This document shows positions 40,029-52,765 of a DNA stretch of 64,000 bases, one piece after another. Each line of letters starts with the position of its first letter. Within the stretch, counting starts at the first letter, position 1. The translations under genes and the position numbers were made by a program. The notes under the pieces are model-generated. The model made no database searches. It was not told the origin of the DNA and was given only the letters and a program-made list of their open reading frames with translations. Source of the stretch: Phoronis australis (lineage: Eukaryota; Animalia; Phoronida); the NCBI GenBank assembly GCA_002633005.1, contig NMRA01000208.1, positions 62,001 through 126,000 of the forward strand, written 5' to 3'.

Positions 40029-40132
40029 ACAAGAATAGCAGATGTCATGGCGGCGACACAAGTCGACGAATTGCTCCCCGAGGCTAACAGCGTAATCGCA
40101 GTTGAACTCATAAAACATCACGGGGCACGTAT
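40029..40132 (-). CDS. Same precursor, coding exon 2: PLA2 active-site motif (absent from the ORF track)
   Basis: Acceptor aattgtag|AT, donor TGT|GTAAGT, 104 nt, phase 1-0. Encodes DTCPVMFYEFNCDYAVSLGEQFVDLCRRHDICYSC with the secreted-PLA2 CxxHDxCY motif. Confidence 0.85.
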
Positions 40133-40799
40133 CTACAATTCAAAATATTTCAATTCAATAACTTGTGGCATCTGCTACCCCCTCGCCACACTTAGGCTTC
40201 CTAGTAACAATATCCAAGGAAAAAAAACATACATAGGCCTACACAATAGGCATCACGCACGGGTGTGTGTGTGTGTGTGCGTGCGTGCGAGCGTGCGTGC
40301 GTGCGTGTTTGTGTGTGTGCATGTGTATATGTATGCGTATATGTATATATCTATATATACAGGCACAACAAAAGCTGACCAATCTTCTCAGTGACTGATA
40401 ACCAATTTACTCACAAAGGTGTTTGTCATCAAGATAAGAAAATGCTTCTGAATCTCTAGCTCACTAATAACGTGCACCTCTGTTCGATTTTTACTGCCCG
40501 GCCACCTCAGCGAACGTTATGTTTTGAATTTCCTTAACAATCAAACTATATTATTTGCACATATATAAAGTTTTCTTTCTCAAGTCGCTCACTGGTATAG
40601 GCTAACTAATTGAACTTCGGCCAAAGTTGTCGGAGACTTCGTTGGAAAATTGGAAATCTATTTACTCAACTAAAATTGTGTACCAATTTTAGGAGTTTAT
40701 GTCTCTACTTGATAAAAGTTAGCTTGTCACTACAGATGATAATGATGGATGATTTCATCCTGCTAAAACAATCGTTGGTCTTCGCCGGCCGGGGGTTAC

Positions 40800-41000
40800 C
40801 AAAGAATAAAACTTTCATGGTCTTTGTGAAAAAACTTTAAAAAATGCATATAACAAAAACAAAAGAATAATTTGGAAAACTGTAACAGGGTCTTTGATCA
40901 AACGAAATTTAGCTATGTAACTGATACCGTTGCTTTGCTACTAATGTACTTTTCTTTCTTGCTAAATTTTAATAAAAAGACATGGTCACGTGACCCAATG
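40800..41000. repeat. Dispersed repeat homologous to 7760-7960
   Basis: Shared blocks as listed for the 7760 copy. Confidence 0.65.
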
Positions 41001-44000
41001 AATAACTGTTTGATGAGAGACAAAAAATCAAAATTTTACATGCTCTGTTTTCAGAAAGTACATCTATTTACTGAGCTCAAATCTGCAGCTTTATAGATAT
41101 TTGTCTAAATACAAAGCCTGGTCGATAAGGCTCTACAAAACTTCAAGCGAAGCGTTTTCGGATCTTGAACAGAGCCGGCAACTTACGTTACAGGCAATAG
41201 GTGCATGCGACATATTTCGATTTTGCAATTTTAGCGTTGACCAATCCCAATAAACTTTCAAGAGTTTTCTTTTCTTGAGTCACTGATGGTTTTGATGTTC
41301 TCGTTGGCATCGGAAATAGAATCCTTCCATGGCAAGGAACAGTGTGATACCGATTTATAAGAATAAAGTTGATAATTCGATTTGTTCGCTTTAATAGCAC
41401 AGAAAATGGATTTACTACATGAGGTATTTTGATTTATAGTATGCGCATTTGTCACGACGAAATAGATAAATGAAATTACCTTCGTTAATGCTCTCAGGTA
41501 TCGTCGGTTGCCATGGCAGCTTTCCATAGCTTCCACCTGGGCCTTTTAATGGACTGTTGTCTGAAAGTCATTAAAAGATCAATGAAACATTCGGAACATA
41601 TTTGCTGGGTTGTTATAAGGACTGGCAGGTTATTCAGAAAGATACGAGAAATTATGTTGTAACTTTGGTTGAACCTCTAGTCAGACATTTGTAACCAATT
41701 GCAATTGCTTGTTTGAATGCGTCTTCCTAGCATTAGATAAGCCATCTCTTCGTTATTTTCATAGAGTTTTGAAAAGACTACGATGCAAATTAACTGCTTT
41801 GATAGTTTGTGGAGAGCTGCACTGGTTTGAACCGGAAGAGCCGACTACTCTGAAGGTTCACTCATTCGAGGATTCGCTACACCGAAGATTACTTCTCCGA
41901 AAATATATAAAATATCGGACTCAGGTGTAATTTTTATATTTTTATGAGCAAAAATACACAATACCTCGGTTTTTAGACGCTGTAGTGTGCCTACCGAAAA
42001 CAACGCCCGGATACGAATACACTTTCTTTGTGTTTCCTCCGCAAGAGAATTTGGGCTAAAAAGCATGTCTAATGAATACGGGAAACTGAGTACGTACATT
42101 TTTGAAAGAACACAAAGTACCAATATTAATGACCATGACACATTCATCCAATTTATGTCCCAACAGCACCATTTCCCAACGCAATAGAAAAGTTTATCCG
42201 ATACTCCTCAATCTCACCAACCGTAATGGACCTTCGGAGTAGTGACGTGAAACCGATCGAAGTCAGTTCCGGTGACGTAAAGGCACGATTTTTTTACAAA
42301 ATGGTATTAGTTATTGTGGTGAAACACAACACAACGTATCACTACATTAAAGGAATCAAGGTAATCTGATAAGGGCGAAATTTCCGAATCACTATATTCG
42401 CAGCATGGAAATGTGCCCCATGTATGACTGCAAATAAATCCATCCTCGTCTAATGTTCACACAAAGACTTGTGTCCCCGTGATCTCTTACACACAGTCTC
42501 GGAAGTTTACTACGATAGGCGATAGAAAGAGTAATAGTCAGGGAGCCCTGACCAAAGACAGACAAACAGTAGCGCATCAAAAATTATCAGCGGGAGTCCT
42601 GAAACGTGGGGCTCCCTGACATTAATATAGCGCGCTCCGCTCTTCGGTGGCCTTGAAGCAGGTTTTGCTATAGAGGGCGTTGCTCTTTGGCTACTTATAT
42701 TTATATACGGATTCCACTTTTGAGACCAGAAATTCAATTTCTTGCCCATGTCATTTTAGCAAGAATAAGTCATTTTAAGTAATAAGGTGTTGTATTTTGT
42801 AACCAGAGCTTGTGTCATACCACCATCACCATCATTGTGACCATCATCCTCAGTATCATTGTAATCACCATTGTCATCCTCACCACGTCACTACTGTCAT
42901 CAACATCATTTAACCAGTCGCCAAAGATCTGTGCTATGCTGCTGGGTGCATGGAGTCAACAAGACAACTCAACATAAAAGTGACATGAAGTTCTCTGTCA
43001 TGTAAGGAAACGTCTTATTTGAACTACGTTTGTGTATGATTACGGAATAAATGGTTACAGGGTATTTCGTTAATCCAATTTTCATTGTATAAAACGAAAA
43101 TAAAAACCATACGTAGAATCTCGTAGAATTTTCACCATTTCGTTAAACGTGTTGGAAATAGACTTTGGTTCCGTGACAGGCTGACATACATACATCCACG
43201 AAAAATAAAATTGTTTTCAAGCGCTTGCTTCGTAAGATAACAATGGCGTGTACTTATGTCTTACTAAGATCAATAGACAGGTCAATACTTGGACGCAGTC
43301 TGATTACCTGCATGCCATTTACAGTAATTTTGGTCATCAACAGCAATCACAAGCGACCATTTGTCATTTTGATAACTGGGAATCTATTTTTAAGCACGAA
43401 AATGTCGATTTCCACAACATGTTGTTTAGCACGTCTCGAGACGGTCAAAATATGAGTTCCGTTGCAAGCTAATCTTACAGAGATTGCTGTCTCCCACGAA
43501 GTGGCATTGACTGTTGGTTTCTAAGGCGACACGCGGATGCTCCGAGATTGATGTGTCAAGAAACATATAATAGCGTATGAATGATGAATAATTCCTTGTA
43601 AAATAACCAGTTATCTAAGTGTCATTACCAATCGTGGCAAAAGTCAACTTATACGCGACGACTGTCATTGTTATCGTTGAACAATTAATTTAAACACTAA
43701 CGTCTGACTAAAACAAGTGATAATCATTTAAAATTTCCGATTCCAAATTTATAATTATTTTACATTCAAACATATAAATTGACTACTGATTTCATTTTTG
43801 AAGTATTCAGTTTTTCTGCTTTTGAGTATACGATGTGTAACCAGTAAGATGTTTAGTATTCTCCTGCTTTGTTGTCGCTAAGTAACCAGTTTTGTAACCG
43901 TTTTACAATTTTCGACCGGTTTGTGTCGAACATTAATTCAGCTGTTAGAAAAATGCATTAAGGAAGCAACCAATCCAAGTATGACGTCAAAATAGACCTA

Positions 44001-44219
44001 AATAACTATAGTTTTAATAGTTTGAAATAGAAATCTTCGTAGTACTTGATCTCATAGAACATAGCGCGCTACAAATTTAAATTTTCTAACCGACAGTCGG
44101 TTTTATCACCAAACTTACACACCTTGTACGACTACAGGAACATAGCACCTGACATTGTATACAATGCTCGACTCTACTGTAAGGGTTTACGAAATTGTAC
44201 CCCAGGGCTGGGTTGTACG

Positions 44220-44500
44220 TAGCCTTGGTACTTTTTTACCCACATCAGCGCAAAGCTGTATATTCAGTATACAGCTTTGCGCCGATGTGGGTAAAAAAAT
44301 GGTAAGATAAAATCGGACACAAAATTAGTGTCATTAAAAGACACAGTCTTCCTTAAGTAAACTAAATTATTTAACGGTGATGGAAAAATGGCATTCTACT
44401 GTTATTTTGCTGCTAAAGTTGTGGAGCGATCTTTAGCGACGGCTTTCGGCGCCATGAAATATTGTGTTATCTATTGGCCAGTTTCTTTTTTCGCCGATTC
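44220..44500. mobile_element. Fragment of a non-autonomous DNA element; inverted homologue at 60200-60466
   Basis: aaaattagtgtcattaaaa / ttttaatgacactaatttt, gcgcaaagctgtatat and tagccttgg / ccaaggcta are shared in opposite orientation. Confidence 0.65.
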
Positions 44501-47500
44501 TTCAATCAACTGTTGTTCTTTCACGAGGTTGCGTACACAGCACAATTATCGCAGCTGGTTTTACTTCATCATAAGTTTTTAGAACTTTGATTCCGAAAAA
44601 CCGAATTTCTAAAGAAATTTTGCTGCTGCCAAGCTAACACCATCTCCCGAGAGATGTCGCAAAAATTTAGGAAATGGCGCGTGCGCGTGTCACGAGCGTA
44701 TTGTTTTCAAAACAACGACATAACTTTTCTTTGTCAGAAAAAGCGGAGGATTATGTTGGTTGCATTGTTTTTCACTTAAACGGTTGTAAGGGGCAAGGTG
44801 AGTGTCGTTTGACTCTCAGATTTTGCATGCACCCCGTCCGGTATTTAGCTCTACATGTTGATACAGGTTTTACGGCGGGGTGACGAGCAGAACTACCCTG
44901 GCTGTGTGCAATTTCGGGGTCTACGGAAGAAAAACACACAGTGGTGTATTCAGGAACCCAATGGTCGTCCGCCTAAGCATAAAACCGGCTTGTTGTCGTA
45001 CTCACCCAATTATTCCACTTCAAAGTTATGCTCTGAATAGGATTTGATTTAACTTTCACAAATATATAGTATTCGTTGATTCAAACGTTTTCTTTTATTT
45101 GTGCCGAGTTGTTTCAACTATGCATTGCTTTTCGGCAGCCATTTTATAATGACCCCTATGGTCGTCATATGCTGCCGTCTTTTGAAAGAACAGAAAACCG
45201 CACAGAAAAGGCCAAGAATATAGTGGAAAATAGTTCACAGCAATTCTAGTTCAACCACAAACTGTTTTACTGATATTTTATCGATTTTTAAATCGATTAA
45301 AATTGGTTCAAAATTTCAGTTCTGGAAAATGAATCGCTATTGCTTTATTCCAGATAGACCTTACTTATTTTCTATTTGAGTCCTCTTTATTTGACTTTTT
45401 GCTCTTGTTGTTCTTAACACCACTTATCTCTGCTGTCTTTATTTTTCTTTTCAGTTTTTTTTTCCTTTTCTGTTAACACCTTGTCAGCCAAAACAGAACT
45501 GTAACCCTTTGAGACTTGGCCGGCGGAAGTTGATCACTGAACTTCGATGTAGTTGTTCTAATAAATTACCCAATATTGTATTGTTTGATTTTTTTCTCAC
45601 CTTTAACAGGCTTTTGTAATCATAAACAAATAAATAAATAAATACCCAGAATTGCATTTGCATTTTATTGCTCAATCTCTTCTTTTATTTTTAATTATGT
45701 CGTGCTGTGTTGTATGTAATGTAGTGAAATAAAGTCAATTGAATGTTTTACTTTATTGGTGGCCACTCTCTATCAATTCAAGTATTTTAATTTTCATCAC
45801 ACAAATCCAAAATGCTTTAACCAAAATTTTCAACATAAATGTTGATCTCAGTACTTTGTTTTGCAATAAAAAACAAGTGGACAATATTTTGATGACCAAT
45901 GAGTGGGCCGAAACTGTTAAGATTCCAGCATGTTGCATTTGTCTGCTGCGTTTTTCCTTTGGCCTAACAGGTGTCGGTCAGTGCCTGGGACAAATAAACA
46001 TAAACAATCCCTGGGTTGTTTTTTGTTCCGTCTGGAGAAAATTTAATTTCGAAAATATCATCTGAAAATTAACAAAAAAGTGCATTAGTAAAATCTACAA
46101 GTTTTTAAGTGGACTCAAAAAACAGTCGGTAAATGCACCGATTTTCGTCTCAATTCTTCCATGCGTGTTTCTCCCGAGAGGTTAGTACCTAACGTGCAGA
46201 CGAGTACTCCAGATTGGAACGCTAAGTCCCGCGTGGCTGCGCTGCACGCGAAAGAAGACGGCGGACGACCATTGGAGCCTGACGACGATAGGTATCCGGA
46301 CCATACCTAGCAGTATTTTGACGATACATGACGGTGTTTTCCGTTCCGTGACTTTACCAGACGTAGAGGGTTTTGAGCGTGTCATAATATCTATCGTCTT
46401 TGTCAACTTCCAAGCACAGTCTTTTGTCTGGTATGACAACAGGCAGACCAAATATCTACCAGGCTTATTACAGACCAACTGTGAAAACAGTCAAACCCAG
46501 AGCGAATTGGTACATTCGGAAAGAAAAGATTGTCGTAATTTCGGTTGTAGTTGAGCGATTTTGGCAATTCAAAAACTAAATATGATCACCATTTGACGAT
46601 TTCAGAAATCCTATTGATTTATGTTCAAATATATTATAACTTAACTTTTATTTTAGCAGCACAGCCTAGTCAGGCTAGATATGACCTTACTGGAGATTAG
46701 AGCAATTATCGAAATAAAGGGAGCTGGCCCTCCAACCCTAAATGCCAGAATGGAGTTAATCAGTCGTGTAAGATATTGGCTACAAAGGTGTTCTTCCCAC
46801 CTTGTTGTTGGGCTATAGAATCGATCAAGTTGGGAGCAATTGGAAAACGCCGTAATGGTTCTAATACAGCTAACTGGCTGGTTAGGTTGCATGATACTTC
46901 AAAATTGTACGATGGATAAGTTTGATTGTTGCATCTCGTCATCAGCATTGTTCAACAATAGCAACGTGGAGCGTGATAATGCCACGTCATTGTTTGCTAT
47001 GCAGAGTATAACTTTTATGGAACTGGGTCCAGTTAATTTATTTCCGCTTTCTACTTTTTGAATGACGTAGGTGCACAATTTTCAAGTCTCTAATCGAAAT
47101 AACAACTTCCAATTGTGGAAAATTGGCTCACATCTGTCATTGTCGGCAGTGAGAGTGGAATGTCAGCAGTGCTTTCATAATATACCTTTCATTGTCTTGT
47201 ACTAGGTATGCAATTGGCGAATTTCCACAGGGGGTCGTGACTGCGTAACACTGAGTGAACTTACAGGTTTGCAAATGTCAGTGTTGTCTTTCTATACGTT
47301 TAAAAGCGTATTTTACGAGGAATATTACGCCGTACATACTTGTAACCCCGGAAAATATATATGAGTTTGGAGAAATCTCTCTTGAAATGTCTCTTACTTT
47401 TCACAAGAGGTATTTGAATATCCGCTGTTGCATAAATCTCTTTCGTTCTGTACTCAAGAGATATTACAAAGACATATTTTGAAGTGTCCTGGATACACAA

Positions 47501-48990
47501 AAATATAATTTAGAAGGTCGATGACATTTTGGTTCATTTTAAATCTTGGCATCTTGATTATAACCTTAATGTTTATCTTCTAATGTGTTTTTCTCACCCA
47601 TAGCTGATGTATTTTTTCTTAAAAAAACCTTTGCTTAAATGTCGCCCATAGGGACATGCGCCAAATTCCGGAAATATGACTCTTAATTTATGGGTGCATG
47701 AGCTTAAATAGTCAATTTTCTGATATTGAGAAAGACAGGCGTTTTCGTTTTCGGGAAACCAAACATCTTTGATAAAGAGTACTGTACAATGAACTCAACT
47801 CAAATGAAAATAAGGTTTTATTCGAAATAGTATCAAAATTTCTTTATAATATTAAATCTCTTTGTGTGAGTGCATAGAATTGTATACATGTAAAATAACT
47901 TATTCAGTATGAAAATGATTTATTTACATTAGCAATGATATGCTATTGTAATCTTAACATCAGTTTTTCAACTCATGTATTTGTGTATCATAATTGTATA
48001 TAGATTTCTTTGTATTTATTTAACCCAGATATAATGTCTCTTGGCGCTTTCTGGGCAATGTTTATTCATTGTAATGAAGACTTGGTAATAAACATTTAAA
48101 AAAGCACTCTTCCTATATTTCTGACGAGAATTTGCTGTTGGCGATTTGAAATACCTAAGTCTTTCGCAGGGCTTTCGTGCCTAAATAATCCTCACTTCCA
48201 CAGTTAGCCCCGTGTGGTCGCCACCAAAATGTGGTCCTGTCATAGAATTTTTTACAAAGTTTGCTTTTGACGCAGGATTCTCAGGCGGATAATATATCTT
48301 TCAAACACAGTCCTAATCATCGTCATGGGTCAAAATATGCACAAATAATATAGTTATAACTAGCATGACCTCCATAGACGCCACCACCTTCTGGCAGTTA
48401 GCTACAACCCCAACTAACGCTAGTTTGATTAATTGCCACCAGAGTTCCTGGTATGTTCCGCAGCACTTTTCGCCAGATTTGTATAAGTATTGTGTAACAA
48501 AATAAAGGTTTATGAGATTGAGAGAATGCTTCATCTCAGTTGTAGCAGCAGGGATGGGAGTTGTGGCAGCCGTAGAGGCGGTCGGAACTGCGGTCGCAAG
48601 AGCGGTCGCAGCGACGGTCGTATCACCGGTTATACCAGAGGTCTTCTACTTCTACACCGCTGACATTTGATGACGATTTCAAGAGTACAGCGTCTAGCTT
48701 GAATCACTGTTGTGACTGCTAGTTACTTCAAGATTGATAGATATCGACCTGTGTAATGTCACTGAGATTAGTTGGATGCGATTAATCGAATATACGTGTA
48801 TGCAAATGATACGGCAGTAACCAGCAGAAGAGCTTCAGTAGAACTTGTTATCACTGAAGAGAGCAGTCCTTAATTACATTGTTATTAGCACAAAACATTG
48901 ATTTTTAAGCAAGTTTACATAGCGAATCCTACTGACTCATTCATTGCTCCATAAAACACGACGTTAAATTGATGGAGTATTCTTCAGTTA

Positions 48991-50836
48991 TTAACCATCA
49001 ATAAAGAAATATTCGCTGTAAAATACATAAAAAATTCAAGTTTGCTTCGGCAACATTGGCACAGAGCAATTGTTGAGAGATAAGTACCACATCACTTTTG
49101 TAATCATTGTGAAGCCTCAGAACGGGAACAATCCATTCTTTTCAATGATTGCGACACGGTTGCAACATCCTTGCGCATACAGGCTTCATATATCTCGTGA
49201 ACATTCAAGACATGCTTATTTTACCACTTTCGTGGCTTATCAACAAAATTCATATTTCACTGTCTGCACCAGAAACCACACAGTCACACATTGGTGGTCA
49301 TTCTTCGTCGATGTCAGTATTTCATTATTTATTGCAGAAGAGTTCAGTGGCAGGTTGCATGAGACAGTCCCAAACAGAGATAGTAACTCGTCTGTGCATT
49401 TCTGCTTTGTTTGCTCAAATTTAATGTTTTTCTAAGTTGTCTTTGACTAATGGCATTTTTGCAGCAATATATCTAAAAACTGAGCCCTTATTTCAATGAA
49501 AATAGATAAAAAATATTGAGAATTTAAGGTACTTCACACTTAGTGTGTATCAAAGCGAAAATCGATTTAGTAATGAGGATAAAACAGCATAGGAAAGGTG
49601 TTTTCACAAATCCACAAATGCGGTGAAAAGTTAAGGAACATAGTTGAGTCCTCATTTCTGACTGTTTCATGCACATCCGGGCACAGGTGTCTGTTTCATG
49701 CACATCCGGGCTCCGGTGTCTGTTTCATGCACATCCGGGCACCGGTGTCTGTTTCATGCACATCCGGGCACCNNNNNNNNNNNNNNNNNTTCAGAAACGA
49801 TTCTGTTTGAAGCAGAGACTGGAGTAGAAAATTTGGTCAAAAATGACTCATTCCACACCCAGAAATTGCCTCATTTTGCCCCCCAGAACACTTCCCTTGT
49901 ATCTCCTAAACCACCAAACTTTGTGGTGTCATACTTCACCAATTTTCTCTCATCCCTAATGTGATTTATCAGACTAAACACGGATCTGAATGGTTGACCC
50001 CCCACCTTGCCGCTTGTTGGCTGTACTGTGGTCGGTGGATCCGTGGACTGATACTTAACCATCAATAAAGAAATATTCGCTGTAAAATACATAAAAAACT
50101 CAAGTTTGCTTCAGCAACATTGGCACAGAGCAATTGTTGAGAGATAAGTATCACATCACTTTTGTAATCATTGTGAAGCCTCAGAACGGGAACAATCCAT
50201 TCTTTTCAATGATTGCGACACGGTTGCAGCATCCTTGCGCATACAGGCTTCATATATCTCGTGAACATTCAAGACATGCTTATTTTACCACTTTCGTGGC
50301 TTATCAACAAAATTCATATTTCACTGTCTGCACCAGCAACCACACAGTCACACATTGGTGGTCATTCTTCGTCGATGTCAGTATTTCATTATTTATTGCA
50401 GAAGAGTTCAGTGGCAGGTTGCATGAGACAGTCCCAAACAGAGATAGTAACTCGTCTGTGCATTTCTGCTTTGTTTGCTCAAATTTAATGTTTTTCTGAG
50501 TTGTCTTTGACTAATGGCATTTTTGCAGCAATATATCTAAAAACTGAGCCCTTATTTCAATGAAAATAGATAAAAAATATTGAGAATTTAAGGTACTTCA
50601 CACTTAGTGTGTATCAAAGCGAAAATCGATTTAGTAATGAGGATAAAACAGCATAGGAAAGGTGTTTTCACAAATCCACAAATGCGGTGAAAAGTTAAGG
50701 AACATAGTTGAGTCCTCATTTCTGACTGTTTCATGCACATCCGGGCACAGGTGTCTGTTTCATGCACATCCGGGCTCCGGTGTCTGTTTCATGCACATCC
50801 GGGCACCGGTGTCTGTTTCATGCACATCCGGGCACC
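48991..50836. repeat. ~780-bp near-identical direct duplication (48991-49772 and 50055-50836, offset 1064) spanning a 17-N gap
   Basis: Duplicate ORF calls at 49070 and 50134. The copies differ by only a few substitutions, and each ends in a 29-bp tandem repeat (gtgtctgtttcatgcacatccgggcaccg). Confidence 0.95.
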
Positions 50837-52194
50837 AGTGTCTGTTTCATGAACGATATTTAAGAGTTAAGACAAAAATTTTGTCTTACGATCCCACTGC
50901 ACAACTGCTAAAAGTTTAATCAAGTCATTATGAACTCATTGCAGTCTAGAAATAACTATCACTTGAGCCACCTTGTACTTTTGCTCAAGTGAGATTTAAC
51001 TATTTTTCAGAAGTAGTTATGTGCAGCGTAAGACCAAATTTCTGACTTAAGTCTGAAGTCACTTTTCATTAAATGGATCACAGATCTGGGTAGATGTAAT
51101 GAAATTGTGAAAGCTGCAAGGAGTTTCAGCTAGTGGAATTTGGTATAAACACAACTGACAGTTTCAGGTACAGCTTCAGAAATAATAACTGCACTTTGTG
51201 CATTTCCAAACCGCCACGAATCCTTGAAAGAGTAGTTAAGTTAAGTCTAGATTCAGTAAAATGATCGTGTGTAGCCATTGTGTCTCTGGGTTTGCAGTTA
51301 AGCGAACATCCGTCATGGCACATTTCATGATGCATTTCTGTTAATATCCCATAGCACCAAGGCTGAAGTCTGGATTTCCAGAGGGTCGGGGCAAATACGC
51401 CAAAGGCTTACTAGTATACCAGAGACACAGCTTACTTTGATCGCGACTCCAACAGAACAGAAGTGCCAGGCGCAACTCTCTTTGATGTGCATACTGACGT
51501 CACAGAGAAGACCTATAATCCAACAAACCTTTTGCATTCATCATCACATTCAAGGTTTCTGTACAAGAGAGGTGGTAAGTCCGGTTCATAGAAATCAAGA
51601 CGTATGCGTGGCAATCTACCTTTGAAGTCAAAATATCAATCCAAAACTCGAAGGTCACCAAAGTATCCGAAGAACACTATTCCACAAACTCTTGAATGGC
51701 ACAGAAATGAAGGTTCGACCTGACTACACTTCTCCTTATGTTGCAGTAAAATATTGTCTACGGCTAGAAATATCTCTCAAAAGACATTGATAAAATGTGG
51801 CTTTACTCTCTCATTAAAAATGTTCGTAAAGAGCAATACAATAGAAATATGAACTGGTTTTGAGGGTAAAATTAGGTCATACATAATCTGATATGCCCGA
51901 GGATTCATTCTTCATTAGTTTTACTTCACAAACACAGGTGCCTCTTTCCCCTGATTTCTCTGACTCTTATTAGCTTGGCGTGTTTTTATTTTTGTCAACT
52001 TTGCTTTATGGCCAATCACTTTGATATGAAATATTATAACACATCTTCGGAGGATTTTACTGGGCTACAGTTTCCGAAAGTGCTCCTTAAACTGAGTGAG
52101 GGCTAACTGGTTCCCACGAAAATTGTTCCACCCTCTGCCGGTGTTCATTGGCAACAACTGCAAGCCGGGCCTTGGACCCGTATATGTCCAGATG

Positions 52195-52500
52195 TTCTTG
52201 ACTTTCACCCATACGGTCTTCAGACATCCCGCTCAAAACCAATGTCCCTCCCTGTCCAGCACCTTCATTTCTACTGTCTTTAGCTGGTGTTCCTTGAGAC
52301 CGAGGTGGTCGTACGCTGCGGAATTCAAACCATTGGCCTTAGCCCTGCGATGCGGAGACGCGTGCTTTCTTCGCAGCTGTGATGTCTCACCATTGTAAGA
52401 GTCTTAACATTCGTCCCCATCGCACACCAGTGACATCACCATACTGAGATGATTTGTCCTTGGTGTGCACTACGTTACTCCTGAGAGTGTTGACAAGCTG
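52195..52500 (-). pseudogene. Decayed Penelope-like retroelement GIY-YIG endonuclease fragment
   Basis: Broken minus frames read VNTLRSNVVHTKDK, VCDGDEC*DSYNGETSQLRRKHASPHRRA, SAAYDHL...H and MKVLDREGHWF...VWVK, matching the PLE consensus NTLR..LVHPKDK / C..C..YIGET / SAV..H / VLDRE..W..R..KEAI. Confidence 0.8.
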
Positions 52501-52630
52501 TTTCTGTGGCAATCAGACAAGTCATCAATTCTCAGTAGAATAGCCCAGGCGGATCCGTGCCGGCGGGAAAACTACATTCCATTCAGTTACGGAAGTTGTG
52601 TTTTATAATTTTGTGCATCTAGTATTCCAC

Positions 52631-52765
52631 CAGTAACGCTAGGACCTCGCTGGGACCACGCAAGACTGCGCGAGATTACGCAAAGATAGTCGTGTAGTTT
52701 AAATGAGAGCACATGATTCTGGCTAATTTTTTCTCACCGCGAGATATTTACTGAACTCTAGCCTG
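52631..52765. mobile_element. MITE family A, copy 4 (degenerate)
   Basis: cagtaacgctaggacctcgct ... ttactgaactctagc. Confidence 0.65.

Noticed and set aside
46182-46554. GC-richer segment with ORFs on both strands
   Set aside because: The minus-strand acceptor near 46480 gives an immediate stop in the required phase, and no recognisable protein motif is present.
48313-48650. Thr/Ala-rich minus-strand open frame as an extra exon of the precursor
   Set aside because: No convincing phase 1-1 splice sites; it is explained by short gcgacc-type repeats.
49070-50499. Twin 121-aa ORFs as duplicated genes
   Set aside because: Non-ATG starts and no recognisable domain; their identity simply reflects the near-identical duplication.
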